The translations under genes were made by a program, and so were the position numbers. A model generated the notes under the pieces. The model saw nothing but the letters and a program-made list of their open reading frames with translations, was not told where the DNA came from and did no database searches. From contig OY969763.1 in NCBI GenBank assembly GCA_963702845.1, forward strand, positions 534,719-598,718: 64,000 nucleotides of DNA, given 5' to 3'. Below are positions 9,701 through 19,469 of this stretch, one piece after another (positions within the stretch are counted from its first letter, which is position 1; every line of letters starts with the position of its first letter). Source of the stretch: an uncultured Verrucomicrobiae bacterium (GTDB lineage: Bacteria; Verrucomicrobiota; Verrucomicrobiia; Limisphaerales; Palsa-1400).

Positions 9701-11583
9701 CGAATCGGTTCCACTGGGACGTCTTCGTTCTGTATCCACATTTGGCCGTATTTGAACCACACGCCATTGTTTTGTCCGTTGCGCATGATCGGCGGGAGTT
9801 CATCATTTGCAGCTGCTGCCGGTGGCGGTGCGGGCTTTTTGGAATTACCATTTGCCGGTGCAACTTCGGTAGCTGGGGGGCGGCGGCGCGCCTGGACAAT
9901 TTCGCGCGTCCAGCCCACATCAAAACCAAGCGGGTCCTTCGCTGGGAAAAATGTGTAGATGGCGAAAGACTTTTCGTTCGAGAAAACGATGTCATCGTAG
10001 CCATCACCGTTGATGTCAACGAACCGCAATCCGGCATCCCGCGCCGTCTCATTAGCGATAGTGACACTTTGAGGGAGTGCGAATTTTCGCGGCGTCCACT
10101 GTTTTTGTTCCGGTGACCACGAGAAGATAACGTTTTGCTTTGGGTTGCTAATGATCAAGGAACAACGGCCGCTCCGATCGATATCGCGCAGTCGTGCGCC
10201 ACGGCCCATTCCATCTTTGCCCGTGTAGACAAGCTCATCCTTGATGCGTAGACCTTTCAGCAAGGATTCGTTTTTTACCCACGCCTTACCGTCGAAATCC
10301 CATCCGCCAGAGTCTCGGTCGTTTCGTACGATTGCGGAAGCGAAGCCGTTCGACTGCAACACTCCGAAGCGCACCGCCATATCCCGGTTACTGCCGAGAG
10401 GGTCTTTGGCGACGAGTGGGACCGGGAAAGTCGTTTCGGTCCACTTGCGTTCATCGTTATTCCAAATGCGAGTAATCCGCCTTTGCTCGTCGGCAATCAC
10501 CACATCCATGTAGCCATCGTTATTGACGTCGAGCACACGCACGCCGCTCTTCTGGCCGTTCGTCGCACGCAAAGGATGATTGGCCAACAAATTGCGGTTC
10601 AATCGTTGCAGCGCTTCGCGAAAGTTGAGGAACTTCACGCGTCGGCCGTATTTCTTGTCCGCGTAATCGATGAACTCAACCATCTGGGTGTTATCGATCC
10701 AGCCGTGCGGATGGAAAATGAAGTTGAACACGCCTTGTTTGAGGACGGTTGCGTCCAGCAGTGCTTCCCAATCGCGCACGGTATCAGGGTTCTTCGCGCC
10801 GTGGTAGTTCTGCGCTTCCCAGTCGCTCGGGACCGCGCCGGGAAATTCCCAGCACGACGTGCCGATCACGTATGGGTAAGGATAGTCCTCGACTGTGATG
10901 CCAAAATTGTCGAACGGAACGTATTTGCGGAATCGTTCGTTACCTTGCTCGTCAATCGTCAGTGAGCGCGGCAGGCTGGTGTCGTTCGTGGTCGTGATGT
11001 TCATGACCGACGAGTCGATGGCGAGGAAATTTCCGCCGGGCGTGTTGCGATTGAAAATTTCCGCATAAAACCGCGGACTCGAGCTATTCATCGAATCGCA
11101 ACACGGCATCCGAAACGCCACCGGTTTAACTCCCGGAATTTTGTTGAGCAGATCGGTGCAGCCATGAACGGTTTTTTCGGCGGCGGTGAAATTGCTGTGG
11201 CTTAGAAGCGGGCAGGGGTGGGCGAGCGTATGAACTTCGATGGAGAGCCCTTCTTTGAGCCACGCCTGTAGCTGCGGATCTTTCGCGCTGGCGTTGCAAG
11301 TCATGATGCTGACCGGTGCGCGCCCATCGATTTGTTTCAAGCGGTTAAGGATGGGACGCAGAAACGTTTCATAACCGGCTGTTTCCTTCATGTCGTCGAT
11401 GGCGAGGACAACGACCGCGTCAATGTTGGAATCACCAACCCATTGCGGGGTGGTTAGTTTTGGGAAATTGACGTGCGGATAGAACGGGTCGGTCGTGTCC
11501 ATGTAGGCAAGCCGATTGGCATCCGTTGCGAATAAACGCACACAGCTTGCGACCAGCAGGAGCGCGGCAAAAACCCGGTTCAT
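6727..11583 (-). CDS. giant (1618 aa) secreted mosaic protein: polysaccharide deacetylase-like + FG-GAP/VCBS repeats + PVC-type membrane-bound dehydrogenase beta-propeller domain + HEAT repeats + C-terminal CxxCH heme-binding domain
   Basis: Single intact 4857-nt ORF with a signal peptide. AVVVLAIDDM and IEVHTLAHP resemble the NodB deacetylase motifs. DVNNDGYMDVVIA and VDINGDGYDDIVFSN are FG-GAP-like, followed by a Pro/Ala linker. PVAFEWGADGKLWVVEMGDYP matches the Pirellula/Verrucomicrobium dehydrogenase domain family. A long HEAT-like alpha-solenoid follows. The C-terminus is CITCH...GPDLG...LMP, a cytochrome c-type heme-binding domain. Domain calls are from motif recognition only. Confidence 0.8.
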   Translation of the reverse strand: MNRVFAALLLVASCVRLFATDANRLAYMDTTDPFYPHVNFPKLTTPQWVGDSNIDAVVVLAIDDMKETAGYETFLRPILNRLKQIDGRAPVSIMTCNASAKDPQLQAWLKEGLSIEVHTLAHPCPLLSHSNFTAAEKTVHGCTDLLNKIPGVKPVAFRMPCCDSMNSSSPRFYAEIFNRNTPGGNFLAIDSSVMNITTTNDTSLPRSLTIDEQGNERFRKYVPFDNFGITVEDYPYPYVIGTSCWEFPGAVPSDWEAQNYHGAKNPDTVRDWEALLDATVLKQGVFNFIFHPHGWIDNTQMVEFIDYADKKYGRRVKFLNFREALQRLNRNLLANHPLRATNGQKSGVRVLDVNNDGYMDVVIADEQRRITRIWNNDERKWTETTFPVPLVAKDPLGSNRDMAVRFGVLQSNGFASAIVRNDRDSGGWDFDGKAWVKNESLLKGLRIKDELVYTGKDGMGRGARLRDIDRSGRCSLIISNPKQNVIFSWSPEQKQWTPRKFALPQSVTIANETARDAGLRFVDINGDGYDDIVFSNEKSFAIYTFFPAKDPLGFDVGWTREIVQARRRPPATEVAPANGNSKKPAPPPAAAANDELPPIMRNGQNNGVWFKYGQMWIQNEDVPVEPIRDSAGLHQVVSRYSFHDLITFGQPKPKSPKASLACMSPVPGFKVELVASEPLTKSPVAFEWGADGKLWVVEMGDYPLGIDGKGKPGGIIRFLEDTNGDGIYDKSTVFLEGVNFPNGIYPWRKGVIVSAAPEIFYAEDTDGDGEADVRKTLFTGFNEGNQQHRANGFDYGLDGWLYGANGDSGGSISSIGGLQKSVDDLPKGVDIGGRDFRLNPDMGEFETQAGETQFGRHRDDWGNWFGNNNATMLWHYFLPIEYLTRNPHLSVSQTYQLLAKYTNGTRVYPTSKTLQRFNDPNGANHLTSGNSPTPYRDELFGPDFPHSVFISEPVHNLVHREELEADGVTFKSHRAKTELHREFLTSRDNWFRPTQIKTGPDGALYVADMYRLVIEHPEWIPSVIQKQYDLRAGADKGRIYRVYPVKAKLRPIPNMEKMMDAELCAELESPNGWQRDTAQRLLTERANTNVVKLLEKQFIQSQQAEFWNGITRRVGKAPTRGRVHTLYTLRALHALSPTIVTAALKDPYASIREHAAHMCDSFLIENAGAPNKELETALLALADDPSIRVRYQVAFALGYSSNPRAGEALAKIALRNAKSEPIQIAVMSSATNHVGEMLATVLSAPKPPGNVVEQLVGLATAMDDSKAFETALVKIAQPVNGKIETWQISALAGFLDALDRRNISLKKFHESAPASLKMTTERLEPLFAEARLIASNPASHKADQTAALRLFGRGLSAQSDDVKLLGSFLSGTSAPGSRKIALATLRRSRIPLTADVMLDGWKSYLPETRVEIMNAILSRLGWTKQLLDRLEKGSIPPGQIAPAFQQKLLTHVQPTVISRAKKIFASANPNRKKLVEDYQDVASLKGDAKRGANLFKQNCITCHFFKGQGKAVGPDLGALGNKSVQTLLVAILDPNQAIESRYLSYTAVTKNDRELTGVIAAETPTSITIKSSGGTEEAVLRTDLVSLTSSGLSLMPEGLEKALSHQAMADLIAYLSAK

Positions 11584-12120
11584 TGAATAGGACGAGTGAA
11601 GCGACGCGGGGCAGGGAATGCAAATGTTTTCGCCTTAACAAAAACGGAGCAATTACGCCGTCCATCGCAACAAAATACAGCTTCAAACGTTGGCCTTGCA
11701 ACCCGCACTCCGGAAAAGTTCCCGGAATGTTGCTACAACCAGCTACTAGTCACTACAACTTGCAACCCGTAGTAACTTTCAACCAGCTACTTTGCAACTG
11801 AGGGAGTTTAAAACTTGAGAATTTTTCATCGAATTTTCGCAGGATTTGATGCGGGTCTGGATTTGGAAACCGTTGATGTGCGCTGATTTGTGTTAATCAG
11901 AGGGCGTTCGAGGGGGGTGGTTGTTTAAACCGCAACTACCCGAAACTCTCCGCAACACTGAATTTTGACCTCGTAGCAAATCCCGCTCGGACAACGACTT
12001 AGTGCGAATTACGAAATTGGGCGAAATTCGGACAATTTAGGGGAATTCCGCACGATTCCGTACCTTTTCGCATCATTTTTCCTTTTCTGATGCACTTTTG
12101 ATTTTCAAAGACCAAACGAA

Positions 12121-12248
12121 GTTTGGATCCAATTCCAAGCTCTGGGCCAGCCAACGGGGGCTGATTGCTTATCAATGTATAGTAACGTTACTACTTGTCA
12201 ACGCTGTCGGTTTTGCTGTTTGGGTTTGTGGCAAAACGATAAATGGAA
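12121..12248 (+). repeat. copy 1 of a ~130-bp intergenic direct repeat (about 85 % identical to 16533..16657)
   Basis: Aligns to the second copy with a few substitutions/indels, both in the same orientation: accaaacgaagttYggatccaattcMaag...ggggctgattgcttat...aacgttactacttgtc...gttttgg/ctgtttgggtttgtgg. Confidence 0.7.
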
Positions 12249-12318
12249 ATGTAAAGGACTGACCCTGCGAGCGTAGGGACAAAGAATTGAGGGTGGGGGG
12301 TGCAGTTGCTGCCAGAAA

Positions 12319-15300
12319 TTATGGCAGGCGTATTCGGTAGAAGCGTGTCGAATAGTTTGTCCACTGCGGGTCGGTGTAAAAGGAGATGTTTCCGGAAAGT
12401 GTGTTGGTAGAGACAGGTGTCCAATCGGTCAGGTTGGTGGTGGCTTCGACCACTGCGACAAGATTGCTGCTGCCGATCATGTTAAATCCAAATTGGTTGG
12501 CTTGTAGGCCGAAGGTGCTGTCGGCGAGTTGAATCATTAAACCGTTCCATAACACGACGGGAAGGCCGTCGAGAGTTGAGCCCCATCCTGTGGTCCCCGA
12601 GAAGTAATAGACCGTTGCCGGCTGGGTTTGGGCAAATGCGTTTGGATCCACTCCAGGTGCGTTGCCTTGAAAAATGACGTTGCGGAGGTTGGGGCACAAT
12701 TCGAAGACGTCGTTGGAGATGCCGGTGATTTTTGGGCCGAGGATTATGGTATTGAGATCCGAACAGGAAGCAAAGGCATAGCTGGCCAGGGTAGTGACGT
12801 TTGCGCCGAGAATAATGCTGGTCACGTGTGTGCCGGCGAATGAGTAGGTGGCGATGGTGTTGACGGTGTCTGGAACTCTGTAGCTACCCCTAAGACCTGT
12901 TGGGGAACTGGATCAGGGTGGTTTGGTTTTTGTTGAACAGAACGCCGCCCAGACTGCTGAACGTTAAATTTTGGGGCGACACCGAGATAGAGGTAAGGGT
13001 GTCGCATCCGGCAAGGGCTTGTGAGCCGATTGTATTTACATTGGTCCCGATATTAATGCTCGTGAGGTTTGGAGAATCGTAGAAAGCATCGAGCAAAATG
13101 CTGGTGACTGTGGCGGGAACGGTGTAACTGCCGGCGAGGCCGGGAGGATATTCGACGAGAGTCGTTTGGCTTTTGTTGAAGAGGACGCCGTTGAGGCTGC
13201 TGTAATTGGGGTTGAGTGAGTTGACGGTTATCGCCGTGAGATTGGTGCAGCCGAAAAACACGGGATTGAGGATGCTGGTTACGTTTTGGGGGAGGCTGAT
13301 ATTTGTAAGGCTTGTGCATTGGTCAAATGCGCCGGTCTTGATGGTGGTCAGCCCCGTGCCAAGGGCGACACTGGCGAGGTTGGAGCATGAATTAAAAGCG
13401 TAGTTGCCGATCGTTGCGATGCTGTTTGGAAGGGTGATGGAAGTCAGGGCCGTGCAATGATCGAAGCTGCCGCCAGTGCTGGTAAGCCCCGGGGTAAAGG
13501 TGACGTTGATCAGGTTGGAACAATAACCAAATGATTCGTCGCCGAAGGTGGTTATTTTGGGTGGGATAATGACGTTAGTGAGGCCGCCGCAACGGTAAAA
13601 TGCATTCATTCCCATGGTAGTCACGTTGGTGCTGAGGACGAGATTGGTCATGGCGAAGCACTGGTCGAAGGCGTAGTTGCCAATGCTGGTGATGGAATTG
13701 GGCATAACTACACTGGTGAGATTGGTGCAATTTTCAAAAGCGTTATCGCCAATCGACGTTATGCCGTTCGAGAGAGTGACGCTGACCAGAGCAGGACAAT
13801 TGTTAAAGGCGGATGCTCCGATTGAAGTGATTTTGCCGGGAATGACAATATTGGTCAGACTTTGGCATTGCGTGAAGCTGCTAGCGGCGATTGAGGTGAC
13901 GTTGGTTCCAATGGTGACGTTGGCGAGGCTGATGCAATTTGCAAACGCAGCACCGAGGGTCGTGACTGTATTCGGGATCGTGATAGCTGTCAGGTTGCTG
14001 CAACTCGAAAAGGCGGACGCGCCAATGTTCAGAATGCCATCCGCCAAGGCAACGGAATTCAAGGAACCGCACCCCTGGAAGGCAGAGGCTCCAATGACTT
14101 TGACGCTTCCAGGGATTGCAACGCCAGTCAACTGATAGCAGTTCATAAACGCCTGGGTTCCAATATTGGTAACACTGCCCGGAATGCTGACGGACGTTAA
14201 GCTCGTGCAATTGCGAAAGGCACTGTTACCGATATTGGTGACGCTATTCGGGAGAACGATGCTGCTGAGGCTCGAACAACCGGAGAAAGCGGAGGTGTTG
14301 ATAACGGGAACTTTGTTGCCGATCGTGACACTTGAAAGACTGGTGCAGTTGAGGAATGCGCTGCTGCCGAGATTGGTGACGGTGTTTGGGATGCTGACGG
14401 CCAGACTTGAGCAATTCTGAAATGCGGCAACTCCGATGCTCGCGACCGTTGCCGGGAGCGTCATATTGGTCAAGTCGGTGCAGCCTTCGAACGCTGTCGC
14501 GGCGATATTAGTAAGGCCAATTGGCAAAGAGATGCTTCCGAGGCTTGAGCAATTTTGAAACGTGGAGGTCGCGATGTTTTTGACGTTCGCAGGAAGAGTG
14601 AGGCTGGCGAGTGTTGCGCAACCTTGAAAGGCGGTGGTGCCGATGGTGGTGACGGTGACGGGAATGCTCACGTTATTAAGGTCAGTGCAATCTTGAAATG
14701 CGGTGTTTCCGATGTTGGTAGCAATTGAAGGAAGAATGACGTTGGTGAGGCTAGTGCAACCATAACAGAGAAAGTTGCCAACGTTCTTCATCGAGCCGGG
14801 CAATTTATCGAGGCGAGGCTGGAACAATCCTGAAATGTTCTGTCGCCGATTGAAACGACAGTGGTCGGGATGCTGATCGAGATCAGGTTTGCGCACCCGT
14901 CAAAGGCGGCAGTGGCGATATTGGTGACATGCGCTGGAATAAAAACGGAAACGAGATTGGAACAGTTGCCGAACAGGCTGGATCCGATGCTGGCCAGGTT
15001 GGTGCTGAGAGACGCGTTTGTCAGACTGAGCAACTTAGGAACACACTGACACCAAGGTTGGTGACAGCATCGGGAAGAATGATGCTTGGAAGGTTCGTGC
15101 AGTCGGCAAAGGTGTCGTCACCGATTGAGGTAACATTGGGCGGAATAGTGATGTTGGTGAGGTCGAGCAACCAGAGAATGCGTAGTAACCAATCGATTTG
15201 ACGCCGAGAGGAATGTTGACGGTGCTGAGACTGACGCACCCTTGAAAGGAGTAGTTCGGAAGAGTGGTGATGGCAGTTCCCAGATAAGCGTTTGTTAAAG

Positions 15301-15717
15301 AATTACATCCGTTAAAAACTCCGACGCCGAAATTGGTGACAGTATCGGGCACGGAAACAGCACTCAAGTAGAAGCAGCCATAAAAAGCGCTATCACCTAT
15401 AGTCTTTAACCCAGATCCCAGATTTATATTGGTCAGGTAAATATTTTGGTCGAACGCTCCCGCGCCGAGGTTTGTGACGCTGTTCGGGATGGTGACATCG
15501 TTGAAGGAGTTGTTGTGCTGAAATGCACTGTCCGCGATGCTGGTGACGGAAGGGCCGTGATGGTGTCCGGGATGTTGACCGTCCCGCCTGGACCAGAATA
15601 GCCCGTAATGGTAATCGTTCCGTTGTTTGTGGTGTAGTTGAATTGCGCCTGACCGGACGATGGCATTATCGCGACAAATACAAAAGATAACCGCAATAAG
15701 GTGAGGATGGTTTTCAT
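12319..15717 (-). pseudogene. BspA-type leucine-rich-repeat (LRR_5) surface protein, broken into at least 6 frames; carries the FYR-type C-terminal tail
   Basis: Consecutive minus-strand ORFs (15433..15801, 15035..15367, 15021..15239, 14788..15033, 12890..14896, 12319..12825) all encode the ~23-aa BspA-like unit (IPNSVTSIGNYAF..C.SLTSV.L). The N-terminus is MKTILTLLRLSFVFVAIMP, a signal peptide. The C-terminus is ...EATTNLTDWTPVSTNTL...RFYRIRLP. Frame breaks may be sequencing or assembly errors in this highly repetitive gene. Confidence 0.7.
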
Positions 15718-15811
15718 CAATTGCGCTGCGCGCCTAGGTTCACAAGTCACCTGGGCCTGCCTCGATTTGGTAGACAGGTTGTGTCTGAGTGCGCATGACA
15801 CATTGGGATTA

Positions 15812-15925
15812 TTAGTTTAGTTGCGTTTCAAAGTCTACAGGCGATTGGTAACCGAGGGCGCTGTGGAGCCGCCTGCGGTTATAAAAAATCTCCAATCCAT
15901 TCCTGTCCCCCAATTCGAGGCAAGT
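15812..15925 (-). mobile_element. short C-terminal remnant of an IS3-family transposase (integrase-core tail)
   Basis: The ORF 15812..16057 ends ...LEIFYNRRRLHSALGYQSPVDFETQLN*, the characteristic IS3 OrfB C-terminus (..FYNxxRxHSxLGYxSPxxFE). The upstream part of the ORF is not transposase-like, so only a ~35-aa relic remains. Confidence 0.45.
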
Positions 15926-16109
15926 CCAAGGCAAATTCTTATCAGTGCAGCCGAGCAGAACGACAGTGTAATGGTGAAACCATGTCGAGGCGGCGAACCA
16001 CTGGATGGCGCGGGCAGCTTCCTTCTTTGCTGAGAGAAATTTCAGGGCACTCCGCATTGCGGGCGTTGTATCTCCGTCGTTATGTATACAACGTAAACCG
16101 AAGGAAATT

Positions 16110-16394
16110 ATGAAGATTCAAATGATGATTGTTACGGTGGCTCTTGGGCTGATGGTTGGTTGCGCTTCCAACAACGTTAATGAACCTGCAGGAGCGCAGG
16201 CCATGGGGACACGTTTCAGCGAGCTTCCGCTGGCAGTGCAACACACAATCCGGACACAAAATCCCACGGGCCAAATTGCTGACATCGACAAGGAGAGGCG
16301 TTCAGGCCGCGTCATTTATGAAGTTCAATTCGCTGAACCAGGGCTAAATCCAAGACTGCATATCGCGGAGGATGGCACTTTGTTGATGAAATAA
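16110..16394 (+). CDS. small lipoprotein (PepSY-like?)
   Basis: MKIQMMIVTVALGLMVGC has a lipobox, followed by an ~75-aa domain (RFSELPLAVQHTIRTQ...GRVIYEVQF...). A GC hairpin ATTGGCCGCT-N7-AGCGGCCAAT lies downstream at 16430..16456. Confidence 0.45.
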   Translation: MKIQMMIVTVALGLMVGCASNNVNEPAGAQAMGTRFSELPLAVQHTIRTQNPTGQIADIDKERRSGRVIYEVQFAEPGLNPRLHIAEDGTLLMK

Positions 16395-16532
16395 AGTGCT
16401 CAAATTTTAACAGCACATGCGACGACTAGATTGGCCGCTTATTAAGAGCGGCCAATCCGGGGGTAGTTTTCAAACCGAAAGCGGAACGTCTGGCCCGCAT
16501 CCCAAACTCTTCGTAACACCGAACTTCGGCCG

Positions 16533-16657
16533 CACAACAATACCAAACGAAGTTCGGATCCAATTCAAAGTCCCGGTCCCAAAGGGGGCTGATTGCTTAT
16601 TATTGTATTCTAACGTTACTACTTGTCTTCGTCATCGTTTTGGTTTTGGGTTTGTGG
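16533..16657 (+). repeat. copy 2 of the ~130-bp direct repeat (see 12121..12248)
   Basis: Same alignment as copy 1. It lies between the lipoprotein gene and the transglutaminase-like gene. Confidence 0.7.
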
Positions 16658-16760
16658 AAAAAGTTGGGATTGACACCAAGATTTTCTATTCTTTTCGGAC
16701 GGATGATTGATTGAACATGCTGGATTCTAAATTCCAGATTGATACGTTTGTCGCGATAAA

Positions 16761-18762
16761 ATGTTAAGAGATCGCCACTTAGTCCAAGTTGTAAGGATCG
16801 GCTTATTTTGCTTCGCGGCAACATGTGCTAATGCGGTTGGCCCTTCTATTTCAGAACCGCGTGTTTTGGAATCCCTTTCAAATCAAGTTGTAAGCGCACA
16901 GGATGTATTGCGAGTAGATCCAATGCCCAAATGGGTGTTGCCTTTGCAATTCGAATGGCCGTCCCAAGCGGCATTAAATGCACCTGGCGAGGATCATCGC
17001 CTCTTGCTTTGGGACGAACAGATCAATGCTGAAACACTGCAACGATTCTTCCACTCCAGCGGCCGGATTTTGTCCAGCGCCGGGTGCAAAATGGCTCTCA
17101 TATCTCGGTTGATTTCGATCCCGCATTTCAGAATTTGACCTTTCATTGGGTAAAAGGTCTTGCGCGGCAATAAGTGGATCGATCGCCTTGACATCAGCAA
17201 AGTTAAAATCATTCAGCGGGAAACCGGCATGGAGGAATATTTATTTAATGGCGAAAAATCAGCCGTGCTGCTGTTGGATGATGTCCGCGTTGGCGACGTC
17301 GTTGATTACGCGTACACACTCAGCGGGGACAATTCAGTTTTTGCCAGCAAGTTCGCCGATTCTGTAACAGTCCAATTGTCGGAACCTGTGGAACGAATAT
17401 CCACCAGACTGTTGTGGCCCACACAGCGTCACCTTTATATTAAGAACCACGGCACGATTGCTCCGCCGGTTGTTGTTCGACGTGGGAATGCTTTTGAATA
17501 CAAATGGGACTTCAAAGAAATTTCCCGGACAGCCCTCAGACGGTTCTCTGCCGACCTGGTATGACCCGCGACCATGGGTGCAACTTAGCGAATACAAAAC
17601 ATGGGCCGAAGTTAATCAATGGGCATTATGGCTGTTCCGGGATACCAACGGCTTTTCGCCTGAACTTGTGGAAAGGGTGCGTGAATGGGGAAAGATCGCA
17701 AACAAAGAGGAACGCGTTCTGACAATATTGCGCTTTGTCCAAGAAGAGGTGCGATATCTCGGTCTCGAAATGGGAGCCGGTTCATTTAAGCCTTGCGGCG
17801 CATCAGAAGTTTTTGCGCGTCGGTTTGGCGATTGCAAGGACAAGTCCATGCTTTTCGTTTCCATACTAAAGGCATTGCAGATTGAGGCATATCCCGTGCT
17901 CGTAAACACCAGACAGCGCCACGCGCTGGATCACTGGCAACCGACCGGCCCCGCGTTCGATTACGTTGTTTCACTAGTGAAAATTGATGACCGGATATTT
18001 TTGGCTCGACCCCACCAGAACCTATCAGCGCGGGCCATTAACTTCTCGTGCGGTCGGCGATTACGAAAGAGGACTGGTTGTAAAGACGGGAACGGCGAGC
18101 TTGTCCGTTATTCCACATCCGTCAGCAGAATCCCAAACTTCAATTGCAGAGTACTTTCAAATAAGGGCGACCGACGAGCCAAGCGAACTCCGAGTCATAA
18201 CTGTTGCAAATGGCAAGGATGCCGAGGGTTTTCGACGAGAATTTGCGACCACACCGCGCGCTCAAATCGAAAAGGCATATTTGAACTACTACGCGGCAAC
18301 ATACCCTGAGATCAGGCAAACTGCTCCAATTTCGTTCACTGATGACGAATCAGAGAACCGAATTGAGATTACAGAAACGTAAACTCGCTTAACAGAATTT
18401 GGACGCGGCCTTCTGAAGATCACCCGTTCCGTTGCGAGTTTTCTCCTCACACGTTGACGCACTTATTGAAAGCACCCGTTGTATCGTTACGGACAATGCC
18501 GTTGGGTTTAGAATTTCCACAGCACGTGGTTTTCAAAATTGAGGCAAGCCTGCCTCGAACATGGTTCATACAAAATGAACAAAAGAAAATCGAAGGCGAC
18601 GCTTTTTACTTCCGCAGTAACGTTGCGGGCGGCCTAAACAAGCTGACTCTCGAATACGAATACAAGACTTTGTCGGATTCAGTGCCGGTTGAAAGTATGC
18701 CGGATTATTTGCGCCATTTGGATGATGCGTGGCAGAATCTTGGTTATTCCATTCGCCTGTGA
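16761..18762 (+). pseudogene. DUF3857 / transglutaminase-like cysteine protease family protein, fragmented into at least 5 frames
   Basis: Track ORFs 16761..17138, 17160..17564, 17458..18309, 17984..18382 and 18454..18762 read in series. They give a signal peptide, a DUF3857-like block (LLLDDVRVGDVVDYAYTLSGDN), a transglutaminase core (FGDCKDKSMLFVSILKALQIEAYPVLVNT) and a DUF3858-like C-terminus. Together they make up about 650 aa. Confidence 0.65.
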
Positions 18763-18767
18763 ATTGG

Positions 18768-18801
18768 AACCCGCAAACGAGGGCACCTGCGGGTTTGTTT
18801 G
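18768..18801 (+). terminator. rho-independent terminator candidate after the transglutaminase-like gene
   Basis: AACCCGCA-N12-TGCGGGTT forms an 8-bp stem followed by TGTTTG, starting 6 nt after the stop codon. Confidence 0.45.
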
Positions 18802-18853
18802 AGACACTAAACCGCTTGCTCACGCGCGCGGCTCTGATGTTAAGTTACAGCGC

Positions 18854-19270
18854 ATGAACTACTGGATCGTCAAACAGGAACCGGAAGATTATTCATTTGC
18901 GGATTTTGTGAGGATGGGAAAACGGCGTGGACCGGCGTGCGCAATTATCAGGCTCGAAATAATCTTCGCGCCATGAAAACCGGCGATAAGGTGTTTTCTA
19001 TCATTCGGGCGAAGAGAAGGCGATTGTCGGTACGGCTCGAGTGGACAAAGCCGGCTACCTGACCCGACGGCGAAGGAAGGCGATTGGGTGGCAGTTGACC
19101 TTAGAGCAGAAAAACCTTGGCAAAACCAGTCTCTCTGCCGCTATCAAGGGCGACAATCTCCTGAAAGATATCACTCTCGCGCGCAATTCGCGATTGTCAG
19201 TTTCTCCGCTTCAAGGAGCAGGAATTCTGAGCAGTATTTTGGAATTGGCCGAGCTGATTAAGTGGTTAAA
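18854..19270 (+). pseudogene. EVE (PUA-like) domain protein with about 3 single-base homopolymer deletions
   Basis: MNYWIVKQEPEDYSFADFVR-GKTAWTGVRNYQARNNLRAMKTGDKVF-YHSGEEKAIVGTARVDKAGY-DPTAKEGDWVAVDL matches the EVE domain. Restoring one base in each of the agg(g), ttt(t) and cc(c) runs gives a continuous frame. The 3' end is approximate. Confidence 0.6.
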
Positions 19271-19469
19271 TGACGAAAATCGTAAAAAGGCCAAAACGCT
19301 GAATTTGCACAAGGTGTTGAATGTTTCGTTTGCCACGCATCCCTTATATTGTATTGTGCGAACGGAAAATTGGGCATGGCAAATGGGAAGCGTGACTGCT
19401 CGTTTTACAAAAGTGGCGAGTTTGTCACAAAAGAACGTTACGTTGTGAAATAGAAAACCGTGAAACTGA

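Noticed and set aside
13677-14420. Plus-strand ORFs with repetitive LVRLVQ… translations (13677..14135, 14166..14420)
   Set aside because: These are shadow ORFs on the strand opposite the LRR gene. Their repeats simply mirror the LRR units.
12890-14896. Highly periodic ~69-bp repetition that could be mistaken for a CRISPR-like or tandem-repeat array
   Set aside because: The periodicity is the coding repeat of a BspA-type leucine-rich-repeat protein (…IP.SVTSIGNYAF..C.SLTSV…). Units are imperfect and protein-coding. There are no unique spacers and no cas genes.
15812-16057. Full IS3 transposase
   Set aside because: Only the last ~35 aa resemble IS3 OrfB. The rest of the ORF has no DDE or HTH features, and no inverted repeats were found. 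This is a relic, not an active element.
12319-18762. Calling the LRR and transglutaminase-like genes true pseudogenes, a genome-decay island
   Set aside because: The same span contains multiply frameshifted aceE, aceF and lpdA, which are very unlikely to be dead. Sequencing or assembly indels are the more economical explanation. They are kept as provisional pseudogene features with this caveat.
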